Source: Gemmatimonadota bacterium (lineage in GTDB: Bacteria; Gemmatimonadota; Gemmatimonadetes; JACCXV01; JAHWKZ01). From it: 58,725 bases of DNA. How positions within the stretch are numbered: the stretch's first letter is position 1; each line of letters starts with the position of its first letter. The stretch lies in the NCBI GenBank assembly GCA_041577935.1, contig JBFGIA010000001.1:1-58725 (forward strand), read 5' to 3'. Positions 19,032 to 28,206 of this stretch are shown one piece after another. Both the position numbers and the translations under genes were made by a program. The notes beneath the pieces were generated by a model. The model was not told where the DNA came from. It searched no databases and saw only the letters and a list, made by a program, of their open reading frames with translations.

Positions 19032-19499
19032 GTGCAGATCGGGATCGTCTCGGATACGCACGACCGGGTCCCAGCCTCGCTACACGAAGCGCTTCGTGAT
19101 ACAGACGAGATCGTGCACTGCGGTGATATCTGCCGCGATCACACCTTGGTCGAGCTCGAGACGATCGCGCCGGTGGCGGCTGTGCACGGTAACTGTGACA
19201 CCATGCGGTTGGTCGAGCGATTCCCTGAAGAGCTCTTACTCGATCGAGGCGAGCTAGCGATCGTGGTCATCCACGGCCACCAGTTCCCCCGCGGTAGCAT
19301 CGAGCATTTGGCGCATCACTTTCAGAGTCTCGGTCCCGACCTCGTGCTGTTTGGACACAGTCACGTCGCGGTGTCGGAGGTCGTCAATGGCATCCGCTTC
19401 TTCAACCCGGGCACTGCGGGCGGGTTCGGCGCTCCGCCGTCGGCAGGCATTCTGACAGTTGATAACGGCGCCTTCGATCTAGCACATATCAAGCTCTAA
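19032..19499 (+). CDS. YfcE/MJ0936-family metallophosphoesterase
   Basis: 155 aa. SDTHD, HCGD, HGNCD, GHSH motifs. Confidence 0.8.
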   Translation: MQIGIVSDTHDRVPASLHEALRDTDEIVHCGDICRDHTLVELETIAPVAAVHGNCDTMRLVERFPEELLLDRGELAIVVIHGHQFPRGSIEHLAHHFQSLGPDLVLFGHSHVAVSEVVNGIRFFNPGTAGGFGAPPSAGILTVDNGAFDLAHIKL

Positions 19500-19535
19500 G
19501 GTCTCGATTGAACACTCACGTTGGAGGACAACACG

Positions 19536-20096
19536 ATGACGAGGATCGACGGCTCTGATCGCGGCGGCTCACCGTTGGCGCGGTACGCGTTTTGGGTCTC
19601 ACGTCGCCGGCACGGCAAGGTCACCGGGCCGCTCAAGCTCTACGCGCGCCATCCAAAGGTGCTGTACGGCGTTGGGCAGATGGAAATGGCGCTCCGTCGC
19701 GCGCGTCGGGTTCCCGTCAATCTGCGGGAGTTGGCGGTACTCAGGGTCGCGACGCGCGTCGGGTGTCCCTTCTGAATCGATATCAACGCTGCCGGGAGCA
19801 GCGACGTCGGGATTACCCATGAGCAACTCGAAGCGCTCCACAACTACGAGCGATCCGACGCTTTTTCCGCTCAAGAGAAAGCGCTACTGCGGTACGCCGA
19901 CGCGATGACAAACACACCGGCGGATGTCAACGACGACGTATTCACAGCTGTGGCCAGAGAGTTCACCGACGAGCAGGTCATCGAGCTGACCGCCTTCTTG
20001 GCGTGGGAGAACTTTCGAGCCCGGTTCAATCATGCGCTTGGGGTTGAATCGGATGGCTTCGCGGAGGGCGCGGCTTGCCCGCTCCCGACTGCCTAA
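19536..20096 (+). CDS. AhpD/carboxymuconolactone-decarboxylase-like protein with in-frame TGA (predicted selenocysteine) in a C-P-F-U redox motif
   Basis: ORFs 19521..19775 and 19905..20096 are in the same frame (offset 384 nt) with no other stop between them. Joined reading: ...LRVATRVGCPF-TGA(19773..19775)-IDINAAGSSDVGITHEQLEALHNYERSDAFSAQEKALLRYADAMTNTP... The TGA replaces the second Cys of the family CxxC. GGAGGA lies 7 nt before the ATG at 19536. Confidence 0.7.
19776..19814 (+). promoter_or_regulatory. candidate bacterial SECIS hairpin
   Basis: CGCUGC(19787..19792)-CGGGA-GCAGCG(19798..19803) is a perfect 6-bp stem that starts 12 nt after the UGA. The G-rich apical loop lies about +21..+25 from the U of UGA. 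Possible lower stems are AAUC/GAUU or CGA/UCG. Confidence 0.5.
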
Positions 20097-20929
20097 CGCT
20101 GACAGACGGGGCAGTAATACGTCGAGCGCTGAGCCTGGACGATCCGTTTTATCGGCCCGCCACATCGACGACAGGGTTCGTCCTCGCGATGGTAGACGTT
20201 TAGCGCTTCGTAGAACCCACCCGGGTCGCCATCGGCGTCGGCGAAATTCAAGTACGTCCCGCCGAGCGATGTCCCCGACCCACCAACCGCCTCGGACAGT
20301 ACTTCGACGATCGCACGGTGGAGGCGTGCGGCGCGCACCGAGCCCACGTTCTTCGCCCGTCGACGCGGGCTCACCCGAGCCCGCCACAACGCCTCGGCGA
20401 CGTATATGTTGCCGAGCCCCGCGATCCGTCGCTGGTCGAGCAGGAACGTCTTGAGTGGTTGGCGGCTGGCGGCCAGACGATCCTCGAGCACGGCTACCGT
20501 GAACGCCGGGCTCAGTGGCTCGGGACCGAGTTTGGCCGCCCGCGCGGCCCAATCGACGGCGGGTACGATCTCCAACCGGCCGAGCGTCCGCGGATCGACA
20601 TACAGGAGCCGCGAGCCATCTTCAAAGTCGAACGTCGCCCGAGTGTAGACCGGAACCGAATCGCTGTCGGCGCCATTTTTCACCACCCGGTAGCTGCCAC
20701 TCATCCTCAGGTGTGTCAGCCACACTCGATCGCTCTCGAGCTCGATCACAATGAACTTGGCGCGGCGGGTAACGGATCGAATCGCAGCTCCCTCGAGCGC
20801 TCGGGTGAGCTTGGCCGTTGAACCGTGGACGATGTTGTCTCTCAAAATCTGAACCCGTTCGACGCGCCTTCCCGGAAGGACTTTCACCAGTTGGCGCACG
20901 ATCGTCTCGACCTCGGGCAGCTCCGGCAC
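20093..20929 (-). CDS. mutM: formamidopyrimidine-DNA glycosylase
   Basis: N-terminal MPELPEVETI and C-terminal zinc finger CRRCGGPIKRIVQAQRSTYYCPVCQ. Confidence 0.95.
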   Translation of the reverse strand: MPELPEVETIVRQLVKVLPGRRVERVQILRDNIVHGSTAKLTRALEGAAIRSVTRRAKFIVIELESDRVWLTHLRMSGSYRVVKNGADSDSVPVYTRATFDFEDGSRLLYVDPRTLGRLEIVPAVDWAARAAKLGPEPLSPAFTVAVLEDRLAASRQPLKTFLLDQRRIAGLGNIYVAEALWRARVSPRRRAKNVGSVRAARLHRAIVEVLSEAVGGSGTSLGGTYLNFADADGDPGGFYEALNVYHREDEPCRRCGGPIKRIVQAQRSTYYCPVCQR

Positions 20930-20935
20930 GAACGG

Positions 20936-22237
20936 TTACTCGGCGAGCGCTCGCGCGAGCTCCCGCCACCCGATGTCGGAGCGCCACCGCAGTGCCGGGC
21001 TCTCGATCCTCCCCAGTGCGTCGTACACACGCTCCCGCGCGTCACCGACATCGGCGCCAACCGCGGTCACGTTGAGCACCCGGCCACCGGCGGTGACCAA
21101 ACGGCCAGCCTCGCGTCTGGTGCCAGCGTGGAAGACCACCAAGCCGTCACGATCAAAGCCGACGTCGGCTTCCAGCTCGGGAGGGATCTCGATCGGCACA
21201 CCAGTTTCGTAGTCCGACGGGTAGCCGACCGATGCCGCAACGACCGTCACGCAGGCGCCGGCGCGCCAACCGATCTCACGCTCACCCAACCGACCTCCCG
21301 GTGTCGCCGCCATCAGCAACGCGAGCAGATCGGTGTCGATAAGCGGTAACAAAGCCTGGGCTTCGGGGTCGCCAAAGCGGACGTTCCACTCGAGCACCCG
21401 CGGACCTGTCGCCGTCAACATGAGCCCGGCGTAAAGACACCCCGAGAACGCCACGCCGTCCGCCTCGAGCGCCGCCAGGATGGGGCGGAAAACCGTCTCC
21501 ACGATTTCTGCCTGCTGCGAGGCATCGAGCATCGTCGCCGGAGCGTACGCGCCCATGCCACCCGTGTTCGGTCCCCGATCACCGTCCGCGGCCCGCTTGT
21601 GATCTTGGGACGGCAATAAGGGCAGCAAATCCCGTCCATCAGTCAGCGCGATCATCGACGCTTCCTCGCCAGCCACAAACTCCTCGACGACGACCTCGTC
21701 CCCGGCGGCACCGAAATCTCGGCGGTCGAAACACGCCGCCAGCGCTTCTGTAACCTCGGCTGTCGTCCCGCACACCAAGGCTCCCTTGCCGGCGGCGAGC
21801 CCGCTCGCCTTGACCACACACGGCACTCCTAGCTTGTCGGCAAACGCCGCCGCCGGTGCCTTCGCAGTGAAGACCTCGAACCGCCCTGTCGGGATTCCAT
21901 GGGCTTGCATGAGGCGCTTGGCATACGCCTTCGATGACTCGAGTCGCGCGCCAGCCCGGGTCGGTCCAAAAACCGCCAATCCTGCATCCCGAAACGCGTC
22001 CACCAGACCCGCTGCCAGCGGTACCTCGGGGCCGACGACGGTGAAGCCGACGCGTTCGCGCTGCGCCATCTCGACCAAGCCATCGATGTCGGTGGGATTC
22101 GTCTCCACGCTTCGTGCGACGGTGTCCAGGCCGCCGTTGCGACCCGTAACCAGGAACTCGTAGTCGGGGTGATCGCGGCGGAGTTTCCAGACGAGCGCGT
22201 GCTCGCGCCCACCACTGCCGACAACGAGGATCTTCAC
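20936..22237 (-). CDS. purD: phosphoribosylamine--glycine ligase
   Basis: MKILVVGSGGREHALVWKL plus an ATP-grasp core. 433 aa. Confidence 0.97.
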   Translation of the reverse strand: MKILVVGSGGREHALVWKLRRDHPDYEFLVTGRNGGLDTVARSVETNPTDIDGLVEMAQRERVGFTVVGPEVPLAAGLVDAFRDAGLAVFGPTRAGARLESSKAYAKRLMQAHGIPTGRFEVFTAKAPAAAFADKLGVPCVVKASGLAAGKGALVCGTTAEVTEALAACFDRRDFGAAGDEVVVEEFVAGEEASMIALTDGRDLLPLLPSQDHKRAADGDRGPNTGGMGAYAPATMLDASQQAEIVETVFRPILAALEADGVAFSGCLYAGLMLTATGPRVLEWNVRFGDPEAQALLPLIDTDLLALLMAATPGGRLGEREIGWRAGACVTVVAASVGYPSDYETGVPIEIPPELEADVGFDRDGLVVFHAGTRREAGRLVTAGGRVLNVTAVGADVGDARERVYDALGRIESPALRWRSDIGWRELARALAE

Positions 22238-22244
22238 GTTGAGC

Positions 22245-23408
22245 TCAGACCTTGGCTAGCGCTCGCTCGAGGTCCGATCGCAGGTCATCGGGATCCTCGA
22301 TTCCGACCGACAGTCGAACTAGATGATCGACCAGACCCATCCGCTCGCGTTGCTCGACTGGGACGGCGGCGTGAGTCATCTCGCCGGGGTGGCTGCACAG
22401 GCTCTCCACCCCGCCCAGACTCTCAGCCAACTGGAAGATCTCGAGGCCCTCCAGGAATCGCCGCGCGCCCGCGCCATCGCCAAACTCGAGCGAGATGACC
22501 CCACCGAAACCGCTCATCTGTCGCGTGGCGAGCTCGTGCTCGGGGTGATCAGGCAGCCCGGGGAAGTGAACCGCTGTTACGGCATCTTGCTCGGCTAGCC
22601 AACCGGCCAGCTCGACCGCCGTCGCCTCCGAGCGTTCCATCCGCAAAGGCAGAGTCTTGAGTCCGCGGAGAGCTAGAAAACAGTCCAGTGGACCCGGCAC
22701 CGCGCCAACCGCGTTTTGGAGAAACCGCAATTGTTCGGCGATCTCGTCGTTATTAGTTACCGCGATGCCGCCCACCATGTCGCTGTGACCGTTTAGGAAT
22801 TTCGTCGTCGAGTGGACAACGATATCAGCCCCAAACTCGAGCGGGCGCTGGAAGAATGGCGACATAAAGGTGTTGTCGACGACCAGCATACAGTGCGCGC
22901 GCTCAGCGATCTCACGCATCGCCGCGAGGTCGGTGATCCGCATTAGCGGGTTGGATGGCGTCTCGACAAACAGCATCTTCGTGTTGGCGGTCATCGCCGC
23001 TTCCACCGCGGCCGCGTCTCGCGTATCGACGTAATCGAAGGAAAGCCCGAACCGTTCGAGCACGTTCTGAAACAGTCGGTGGGTGCCGCCGTAGAGGTTC
23101 TCTCCGGCCACCAGATGATCACCCCCCGAGAGCAGAGTCATCACGGCGTGAATGGCGGCCGTGCCGGAAGCAAAGGCGATGCCGTGGCTGCCGCTCTCGA
23201 GCGCCGCCACACAACCCTCCAACGCAGCCCGCGTGAGGTGGTGCGTGCGCGCGTACTCGTACCCGCGGTGGCGACCGACGCCGTCCTGCACGTACGTCGA
23301 CGTCTGGTAGATCGGCGTCATGACCGCCCCGGTCACCGGGTCAGGATGTTGTCCCGCATGGATCGCCTTGGTCGCAAAATTGCGATCGTCATCGTGGCGG
23401 CTATCCAC
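22245..23408 (-). CDS. Cys/Met-metabolism PLP enzyme (cystathionine gamma-synthase / gamma- or beta-lyase family)
   Basis: TKAIHAGQ, PIYQTSTY, PLP-lysine region STTKFLNGHSDMVGG. GTG at 23408 overlaps the upstream stop by 8 nt. The longest ORF (to 23513) would overlap that gene by 113 nt. Confidence 0.9.
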   Translation of the reverse strand: MDSRHDDDRNFATKAIHAGQHPDPVTGAVMTPIYQTSTYVQDGVGRHRGYEYARTHHLTRAALEGCVAALESGSHGIAFASGTAAIHAVMTLLSGGDHLVAGENLYGGTHRLFQNVLERFGLSFDYVDTRDAAAVEAAMTANTKMLFVETPSNPLMRITDLAAMREIAERAHCMLVVDNTFMSPFFQRPLEFGADIVVHSTTKFLNGHSDMVGGIAVTNNDEIAEQLRFLQNAVGAVPGPLDCFLALRGLKTLPLRMERSEATAVELAGWLAEQDAVTAVHFPGLPDHPEHELATRQMSGFGGVISLEFGDGAGARRFLEGLEIFQLAESLGGVESLCSHPGEMTHAAVPVEQRERMGLVDHLVRLSVGIEDPDDLRSDLERALAKV

Positions 23409-24546
23409 GATCGTTGCTCTCGACTTCGCGTGCTTGGCGGTACATCTCTTTCGCGCGCTCGGTTCGACCCTTGCGATCCCAGATGATTCCGAGGTGGTAG
23501 TAGGCACGTCCAAGAGCCGGATCGTATTCGACCGCGCGCTCGAACGCCTGCGCGGCTTCGTCCAACCGATCGATATGATTGAGGTACACGCCCACGTAGT
23601 AGTGCGCGCGGGCCTGTTCAGGGTTCAGCTCAAGCGCTCGCCCGAGCTGTCCAATCGCCTCTTCGTAGAGTCCCTTCTTGCCGTGCACAATCCCCAACTC
23701 ACAATGACCGCTCGCGTTGTCGGGATCGAGCCGCAGGGCGCGCGCCAGCTCGGCCTCGGCCTGGCTGTACATACCGGCCCGACAGTAGGCTGAGCCCAGC
23801 GCGATGGCTGCGTCAACAGAATCCGGAACGAACTCCTTGGTCTCCAGAAGCTGTGCGATCGCTTGATCGTGCAACCCGCGCTCGAGATGCTGTTTGGCGA
23901 CCTGAATCGCCGCTTCCACATCACGCGGATCACTGCGCAAGGCAGCGTAGAGCTCATCGAGCCCGTGATCGGCTCCGCGGTCGTCTTCGGGCGCCACCGC
24001 GAAGGTCGCCTCGCTCGCCGCGGCCAGCGGTGTTTCAACGGACCTGGTCTCAACAATCGGCGGCTCGACCAATGACGTTTCAGCTGTCGGCGTCTCGACG
24101 ATCGGTGGCTCGACCAACGGGGCTTCCACGAACGGCGTGTCTATTGCCACGGGCTCAGGAGGTGCGACCCCGATCGGCTCAGGCCCAGGCGGTGCAGGCT
24201 CGATTGGCTCGGGCTCAGGCGGCGCGACTTCGATCAGCTCGGGTTCGGGCGGTGCAACTTCGATCGGCTTGGGTTCGGGCGCGCTTTCCAGCGGCGCCGG
24301 TTCCGGCTCTGGAACCAGCGTCAGCTCTGGCGGTTCTGGCTCGACCTGCGCGCGCAACCGCTTTCGGGCTGGCTTGGGCGACTTGCCGAGCTCGGGGGTC
24401 CGAGCCTTCTTCCGCCGCGCTTTCCGCCGTGGCTCCTGACCGAGCAGGGTAGCAACCCGATCGGGATCGAGCGTTGCAAGGGGATCGGTGCCGACCCTTG
24501 TACTCTTGGTCTCGTCGTCGCGCCTAGGCACCGGTGAACCGATCAA
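23401..24546 (-). CDS. TPR-repeat protein with basic N-terminus and long Pro/Glu-rich repeat linker
   Basis: The C-terminal half has several TPR units (AIALGSAYCRAGMYSQAEAELARALRLDPDNASGHCELGIVHGKKGLYEEAI...). The N-terminal half is PEPEP-type low complexity. Confidence 0.75.
   Translation of the reverse strand: MIGSPVPRRDDETKSTRVGTDPLATLDPDRVATLLGQEPRRKARRKKARTPELGKSPKPARKRLRAQVEPEPPELTLVPEPEPAPLESAPEPKPIEVAPPEPELIEVAPPEPEPIEPAPPGPEPIGVAPPEPVAIDTPFVEAPLVEPPIVETPTAETSLVEPPIVETRSVETPLAAASEATFAVAPEDDRGADHGLDELYAALRSDPRDVEAAIQVAKQHLERGLHDQAIAQLLETKEFVPDSVDAAIALGSAYCRAGMYSQAEAELARALRLDPDNASGHCELGIVHGKKGLYEEAIGQLGRALELNPEQARAHYYVGVYLNHIDRLDEAAQAFERAVEYDPALGRAYYHLGIIWDRKGRTERAKEMYRQAREVESNDRG
24151..24270. 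repeat. four tandem 30-bp (10-aa) coding repeats inside a larger Pro-rich repeat zone (about 24031..24342)
   Basis: Encoded units are PIEVAPPEPE / LIEVAPPEPE / PIEPAPPGPE / PIGVAPPEPV. A second motif, EPPIVET, repeats further downstream in the gene. Confidence 0.8.
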
Positions 24547-25309
24547 CCAGTTTGCGGTAATCGACCGCTCCGTGAGAGCGGGGAGCGTACTCGAACACTG
24601 TCTCTTGGTGGCTGGGCGCTTCCGAAAGCCGAACGTTGTCGCGGATCGGATCGGTTACTGCGTTGTCGAAGTGTTTGCGCAGCACGCCCAGAATCTCTTT
24701 GCTCTTTCGCAAATTGTGTCGATAGAATGTGGGCACAACGGCGGCGATCCGTACCTCTTTGCCGTTCCACGATGACATCCGCAGAATGTTCTCGACGATC
24801 TGTCGCACTCCGACCAGAGCTAGGTACTCCATCGAGATCGGTATAATCACTTCATCCGCGTAAGCGAGCGCGCTCGTCGTCAACATGCTCATCGATGGCG
24901 CGCAATCGATAATCGTAAACTCGTAATCCTCGCACTCCTCGATGCTGGCCAGCCGGTTGGCCAAGCCGCGCTCTCGCTCTTGACCCCAGATCAGTCGCTC
25001 CTCGGTTTCGGCCAATCGCCAATCGCTAGCGATCACGTCGAGGTTGTCGCGCACCTCGACCAGCGAATCATACGCATCCAGCTCGCCAGCCAGAAACTCC
25101 GCCATGCACGCGTCTCGTGCGTCGATGCCGAACCATATGCCGACGTTGCCCTGGGGATCGAGCTCCAGAAGCAGCACCTGGTGACCTAGATCGGCCAGGC
25201 CTGCCGCTAGATGGACCGCGGTGGTCGTCTTGCCCGTTCCACCCTTGTGGTTGACGACCGCGATCCGGCGCATCGACGGATTCCGAAATAGCGTGATTTG
25301 ACCAGACAT
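24524..25309 (-). CDS. ParA/MinD-family P-loop ATPase (orphan ParA-like)
   Basis: MRRIAVVNHKGGTGKTTTAVHLAAGLA (deviant Walker A) and LLELDPQGN. ATG at 25309. The upstream part of ORF 24524..25648 is the wrong frame across cutA. Confidence 0.85.
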   Translation of the reverse strand: MSGQITLFRNPSMRRIAVVNHKGGTGKTTTAVHLAAGLADLGHQVLLLELDPQGNVGIWFGIDARDACMAEFLAGELDAYDSLVEVRDNLDVIASDWRLAETEERLIWGQERERGLANRLASIEECEDYEFTIIDCAPSMSMLTTSALAYADEVIIPISMEYLALVGVRQIVENILRMSSWNGKEVRIAAVVPTFYRHNLRKSKEILGVLRKHFDNAVTDPIRDNVRLSEAPSHQETVFEYAPRSHGAVDYRKLVDRFTGA

Positions 25310-25328
25310 GAGGCTGAGGTGAAAGAAC

Positions 25329-25673
25329 CTAAGAGCCGCTCGCGGTTTCAACCACCCAATCGAGATACGCGATCGCCCCCCGATCGACCTTGATGGCAAG
25401 CAGCTCGGGGATATCGTACGGGTGCAGCTCTTCGAGCCGGCGCGCAAGCTGGTCGAGCAGGGAGGTGCGAGTCTTGAGCAGCACCAGGCATTCGGCCTCG
25501 GTGTCGACCCGACCCTGCCACCAGAAGATCGAACGCACGTCGGTGACGATGTTGCCGCACGCTGCAAGCTGCTCCTCGACGAGCGTTCGCACGATCGCTT
25601 CACCAATCCCCCCGTCGGGACAGGTCGTGATGACCAATCGAACGTCACCGCCGGGTTTGGTCGCGTCCGTCAT
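25329..25673 (-). CDS. cutA: divalent-cation tolerance protein CutA
   Basis: 114 aa. Aligns with E. coli CutA: LAACGNI, FWWQG, LLKT, HPYDIPELL. Confidence 0.85.
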   Translation of the reverse strand: MTDATKPGGDVRLVITTCPDGGIGEAIVRTLVEEQLAACGNIVTDVRSIFWWQGRVDTEAECLVLLKTRTSLLDQLARRLEELHPYDIPELLAIKVDRGAIAYLDWVVETASGS

Positions 25674-26243
25674 TCAAGCTCCTTGAGTCGGCGGCCATCG
25701 GTCCACCCTGCGGAGATAATCCCGCGCCGCCCACAATCCAAGCATCGACTTGGCATCGCGGATCTGGCCGTTGGTTGCCCACTCAAGCGCCTGCTGCAAT
25801 GGGATGCGCGTGACATCGATGTCCTCATCGTCCTCGTGATTGGTTGTACTGGGGATCAATCCTTCCGCCAAAAACACCCTCAGCTCTTCGTCACAGAAGC
25901 CGGGAGTCGTATAAAACGCGGCCAGCGGCGTCCAACTCTGCGCGCGATAGCCGACTTCTTCTTCCAACTCGCGCTCGGCACAAGCTTCAAACGACTCTCC
26001 GTCCCCAAGACTGCCGGCCGGGATCTCCCAGATGCGCTGACCGACCGCGTACCGGAACTGGCTGATCAACGCCACGGTGTCATCGTCGAACAGCGGCACG
26101 ATCGCCGCTGCGCCGGGGTGACGAATGACGTCGAATACTGTCTGTCTAGTTTCCTCGCCAGTGGTGATGCGGATTGTGTCTCTCGCGACATCGACGACTC
26201 GACCGGAATAGACTCGCTGCCGGTCGATGCGTTCCCACTTCAC
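25674..26243 (-). CDS. NUDIX hydrolase (ADP-ribose pyrophosphatase-like)
   Basis: Nudix box GSLGDGESFEACAERELEEEVGY. GTG at 26243 lies just downstream of the preceding stop. The longest ORF extends to 26381. Confidence 0.8.
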   Translation of the reverse strand: MKWERIDRQRVYSGRVVDVARDTIRITTGEETRQTVFDVIRHPGAAAIVPLFDDDTVALISQFRYAVGQRIWEIPAGSLGDGESFEACAERELEEEVGYRAQSWTPLAAFYTTPGFCDEELRVFLAEGLIPSTTNHEDDEDIDVTRIPLQQALEWATNGQIRDAKSMLGLWAARDYLRRVDRWPPTQGA

Positions 26244-26263
26244 GCGAGGAGGGTCGACATCTC

Positions 26264-27109
<846 letters not shown>

Positions 27110-27912
27110 CCAGGATCCGCGCTTCTTCGTTTGTCAAGCTAGCCAGTCCGTGCTCCGAGATCTTGTCCAGAATCCGATCGATCTCGGTCTCGACTCGTCG
27201 CGACCCGCGGACCCTCGGTGCATCCCCGTCGATCAGCTTGAGTTTGCGTCGCCGCCAGCGGTTAGCGAGACGCTCGACCGGCGAGCGGTCTCCCCACTTC
27301 ATGTACACGTAGCCGGCCAACATCCCACCCACGTGAGCCGCCCGCGCGATCCCGCTATCCGGCCCGGAGAACAAGTACAACAACTCGAGCCCGGCCAGAC
27401 CCGCAACCAAGTACTTGGCACGGATCGGCACCAAGAACCAGAGGTAGATGTACTGGTTCGGAAACAACATGCCGAACGCGAGCAGCACGCCCAGCACCGC
27501 GCCGGAAGCGCCTATGATAATCGAGTTGTAATTGAATACGAACGACAGGGCGGCCGCGCCGAGACCGCAAACCAGGTAGTAGTGCAGGAACTTGGTAGGT
27601 CCCCACAATCGCTCGATCTGTGTTCCGAACATCCACAGGACGAACATGTTGAACAACAAGTGGAAAAAACCGCCGTGCAGAAACATATAGGTCAAGACCT
27701 GCCAGACCCAGAGACGCTCCACGACCCACGCCGGTCGAAGCCCCAGGATCTCTTCCAGGCGTAGCCCGGAGGTTTGGAACACCGCCAGCGCCAGCAGGTT
27801 CTGAAGCAAGAACACCACTCCATTGACGATCAATAGCCACTTGATCGCCTCCGGGAACGTTCTCCCGGTCGGGTCCTGGGTCCACGTGCTTCTCATCTTC
27901 TGGAGAGGGCCG

Positions 27913-28206
27913 TTACGAGCTCTCGGGTTCCCTTACGGTGAGTTTCTCACCTAGTTCCTCAGGCATGTCGTGCGGCCACCGGCCGTGAAGGGCGCGCTCG
28001 AGCCGGGGCCGGATGATGAGCTCGAACGTGGGCTCCTTGCCGGGAAACAGATTCAAGGCGGTCTCGCGGCACCGCTCGACTTGTTCCAGCGCCTCGAGCA
28101 TAGAGAGATCCGGATCCTGGTATAAACGTGCCAGGGTAAAGTCTACCACCAGCTTAAGACGCCGCAGGCGTTGGTTTTCTTCTCTCAGGGCCGCGTTGAA
28201 ATCCAT
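27913..28206 (-). CDS. hypothetical protein (97 aa)
   Basis: The ATG shares one base with the pepA stop (TGATG), consistent with translational coupling. No recognisable family. Confidence 0.5.
   Translation of the reverse strand: MDFNAALREENQRLRRLKLVVDFTLARLYQDPDLSMLEALEQVERCRETALNLFPGKEPTFELIIRPRLERALHGRWPHDMPEELGEKLTVREPESS

Noticed and set aside
19773-19775. The in-frame TGA in the AhpD-like gene interpreted as a simple nonsense mutation (pseudogene)
   Set aside because: The stop falls exactly on the redox Cys codon. The downstream 107 codons remain open with normal composition. A hairpin follows at SECIS-like distance, and a second redox gene in the window shows the same pattern. A pseudogene remains the fallback if no Sec machinery exists.
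24031-24342. Repetitive DNA considered as a CRISPR-like or minisatellite element
   Set aside because: The repeats are in-frame 30-bp coding units of a Pro/Glu-rich linker, with no unique spacers.
24524-25648. 374-aa ORF suggesting a much longer ParA protein
   Set aside because: The N-terminal 113 residues are S/R/C-rich and lie across the cutA coding region in another frame. The ParA Walker A follows the internal ATG at 25309.
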